Shown here piece after piece: positions 61,812 through 64,000 of a stretch of DNA of 64,000 nucleotides. How positions within the stretch are numbered: the stretch's first letter is position 1; the number at the start of each line of letters is the position of its first letter. The translations under genes were made by a program, and so were the position numbers. This stretch comes from Babesia bigemina. Taxonomy: Eukaryota. Location: assembly GCF_000981445.1 (NCBI RefSeq), contig NC_027217.1, positions 2,108,001 through 2,172,000 on the forward strand, given 5' to 3'. The notes beneath the pieces were generated by a model, which made no database searches, was not told the origin of the DNA, and was given only the letters and a program-made list of their open reading frames with translations.

Positions 61812-62146
61812 CTATAAACACCAGATGCAACAAAACAACCCTTTTAAAAGCGGGTTGGATTCCGTAATATATAACATATCACGCCGATCAACATTGCGAT
61901 GAGGAAAGAGACAACATATACAAGCAAATTCGCTCTTATTAGCGCCACTTTCAAAACGCTTAGCACATAACGGACACTTTTTCAGTTGCAGAACTTCCAA
62001 AACATATTTCAAATATAAGTCCTGGTATGCTGCACATCTATAAACAAATTATGGAAAAAATAGCCCCCAGGAGTCTGACACAGCGGCACTACACTAAACG
62101 ACACACATGGTAGAATCATGGACTGCATACCTCTAAGCGATGCCAT
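61812..62146 (-). CDS. Small Cys-rich family member B, copy 2
   Basis: Same sequence as 55995-56329, including both indels. Confidence 0.7.
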
Positions 62147-63970
62147 TTTTGACAAAACGATGTAATACATGGCTCTTTTCAAGACAGGCAATAAGCCGTC
62201 TAAGCGGCTCTTTGACTAGCCTGGTTCCATTTACCACAACTCTAATACACGGTGAACGTACATAGTAACCACGTGCGTTACCAAATCAAATTATGCGCAT
62301 AATGATCATTACATTGCGCTATAATACGTATCCAAGTAAACATCTACATATTATGTTACTCCAATTTACCAGACTGACTGTGACGTTAGAATGCAGAGGC
62401 GTGTGGCAACGTGTCCAATCGTACCAGATGGTCACTTCATTGAACTGCACCATGTCATCTCCATAGATGTTGTAAACGACAACAAATTTAGCGTTTGTTA
62501 TGCAATCGTTTTTATATTATTCTAAACCTCATGAAATGCTGTGAAATGCTCGCACGTATTATCTCGACATTTGCGCCGAATGGTTTGACTTCAACTCATC
62601 CAACTGAAAGACACGTCACTCGCACCACGCATTCCATGTCATTATTCATTGGCGAATATCCAAAAAAGCGACTCTGTTAACATCAGCTGAGGTAAAGATG
62701 CTCGGGAATGCAATTTTACAACGTGACACCTTATATAGCATAGATCAAAATCTTCGTTATATGGGACTTGTGTCGAGGGTGATAATGCAGCACAGATGTC
62801 ATAGAATCCAATAACTTCCCCGCCTCTACGTATCCGGATTTTTACAAGTTGAACATGGCGTAAAATACTAGTTGGTGTATCTCTAATTCACACATTGTAT
62901 TCTAACCATGATAATTCTGAGCGTCCCACTTTATAGCTTGAACAGTTGCGTCTCTCGCAATGCTAGCGCAATTTCTACACAGTTTTAATGCCATGCGTCT
63001 AACACGCCGACGCACTTAACACACCAGCACTGTTGAGATGTGCCCACTTTTTAAATGCACTTGTCAGTACACTCTCGTTACTGACAAATATACCGCCATA
63101 GATACGTTTGTGATCATGCAAACTTGATAAAACTCTCTTGCGCAAACGTGGCTTCAACCATTATTGCTGCTGCTTCGCCATGCAACTCAATTAGAGATGT
63201 AATGACGGATTGAATTATCGGAGATAGTAAAAGTTATGGCCACAGATACAACCCTAAATGGTGAATACTGATATTATTATAAAGTCGCGAAACAATGTTA
63301 CATTGGCAGCCAACTCGTGGTCATATGTGCAATAGTTTAAGGCATGTTGGTGAATAATGCTTATGTAAGCTACAGAGCGCGATTATTGCGTTATTTGTTG
63401 TCGATTTTCATGCAACCAAGCTCCTCTGTTCACCTGGTCTATAGTGATTACGACAGCAAAAAGCAGTTGGTGAACTAAAGTGAAGTAATTCTGATGGCAA
63501 ATAAATAAAGGATAATCTTGAGTCTCTATAAAACGAATAAATTGAGAAAAGGCGGCGGCATACAGTATTGAACAACAAATGAGCCGCAGTGTTATAATGA
63601 AGCTTGGTAAGTGCCTGTGAAAGTAAATCCCGTCAAGAACCCTTGTGTTGTTCCGTCTGGGAAGGCGACTGCACATTGCCCGACGCTACAACAACAAACA
63701 CCGTTGATAACATCTTGTTCATATTTTACCATAATTGCAGTATTCTATGCGGTAGCTCCGTCGGTGGTACTGTCATGCAAATGGTACCTTGTACACCCCG
63801 CGCCCAGATTGCGATATTGCGCAACGGAAGCTATGATTTCGAATGATGTTTAAGGCATAATGTCACATTAACTATTGTGTAGGATGAATAACTCAGCTAC
63901 ATACTAAATGCAACAGTCTGTTGGAGCCACACTTAACCTTAGTGAAAGGCGCCAACAGGCTACGAGAAAC

Positions 63971-64000
63971 ATGACGGATGCAATACAAACCGTCGAAGTT
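63971..64000 (+). CDS. 5' end of family member C, copy 2 (partial)
   Basis: atgacggatgcaatacaaaccgtcgaagtt is identical to the start of exon 1 at 58154. Confidence 0.7.
   Translation, partial: MTDAIQTVEV

Larger units (their letters stand above)
58528..64000. repeat. Tandem duplication copy 2 (runs off the window end)
   Basis: Near-identical to 52711-58183; differences noticed at 53769G/59586A and 54551T/60368G. Confidence 0.97.

Noticed and set aside
52711..64000. Long direct repeat as an LTR element or transposon
   Set aside because: No transposase, RT or integrase and no terminal repeats; the content is host genes and the breakpoint lies in paralogous coding sequence
1..64000. CRISPR array, prokaryotic operon or defence system
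   Set aside because: The sequence is eukaryotic with spliceosomal introns; no repeat-spacer array or cas-like ORF was seen

Overview
Gene-dense, intron-containing eukaryotic DNA from a piroplasm parasite (Babesia; most consistent with B. bigemina or a close relative, based on an intronless 834-nt/277-aa spherical body protein 4 gene and many very short GT-AG introns). Bases 1 to about 47 kb are GC-rich and packed with housekeeping genes: ING-like, SBDS, EF-G2-like, sbp4, RPL13, RPS16, ATP synthase gamma, SMU1, NDC80, SDHAF4, Med18-like, bromodomain protein, SDHB, METTL13, a DEAD-box helicase, a GGQ release-factor homologue, BCCIP, a pseudokinase, Vps39-like, PPEF/PP7, TMEM208, a TPR protein, GPAT and Rsm22. 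From about 47-49 kb the sequence is visibly more AT-rich. This part carries a family of tiny two-exon genes that I cannot assign to a known family (CPLC motif, one hydrophobic helix, KG[IL]FCC tail), arranged as two head-to-head pairs (D/A and B/C). A near-perfect 5,817-bp tandem duplication containing RPB7, PrxQ, B and C has its breakpoint inside the homologous 3' ends of family members A and C. One member is a stop-codon pseudogene; another has lost its membrane helix through two compensating frameshifts. No rRNA, tRNA, CRISPR array or transposon was recognised. All calls were made by eye; exon boundaries are manual.
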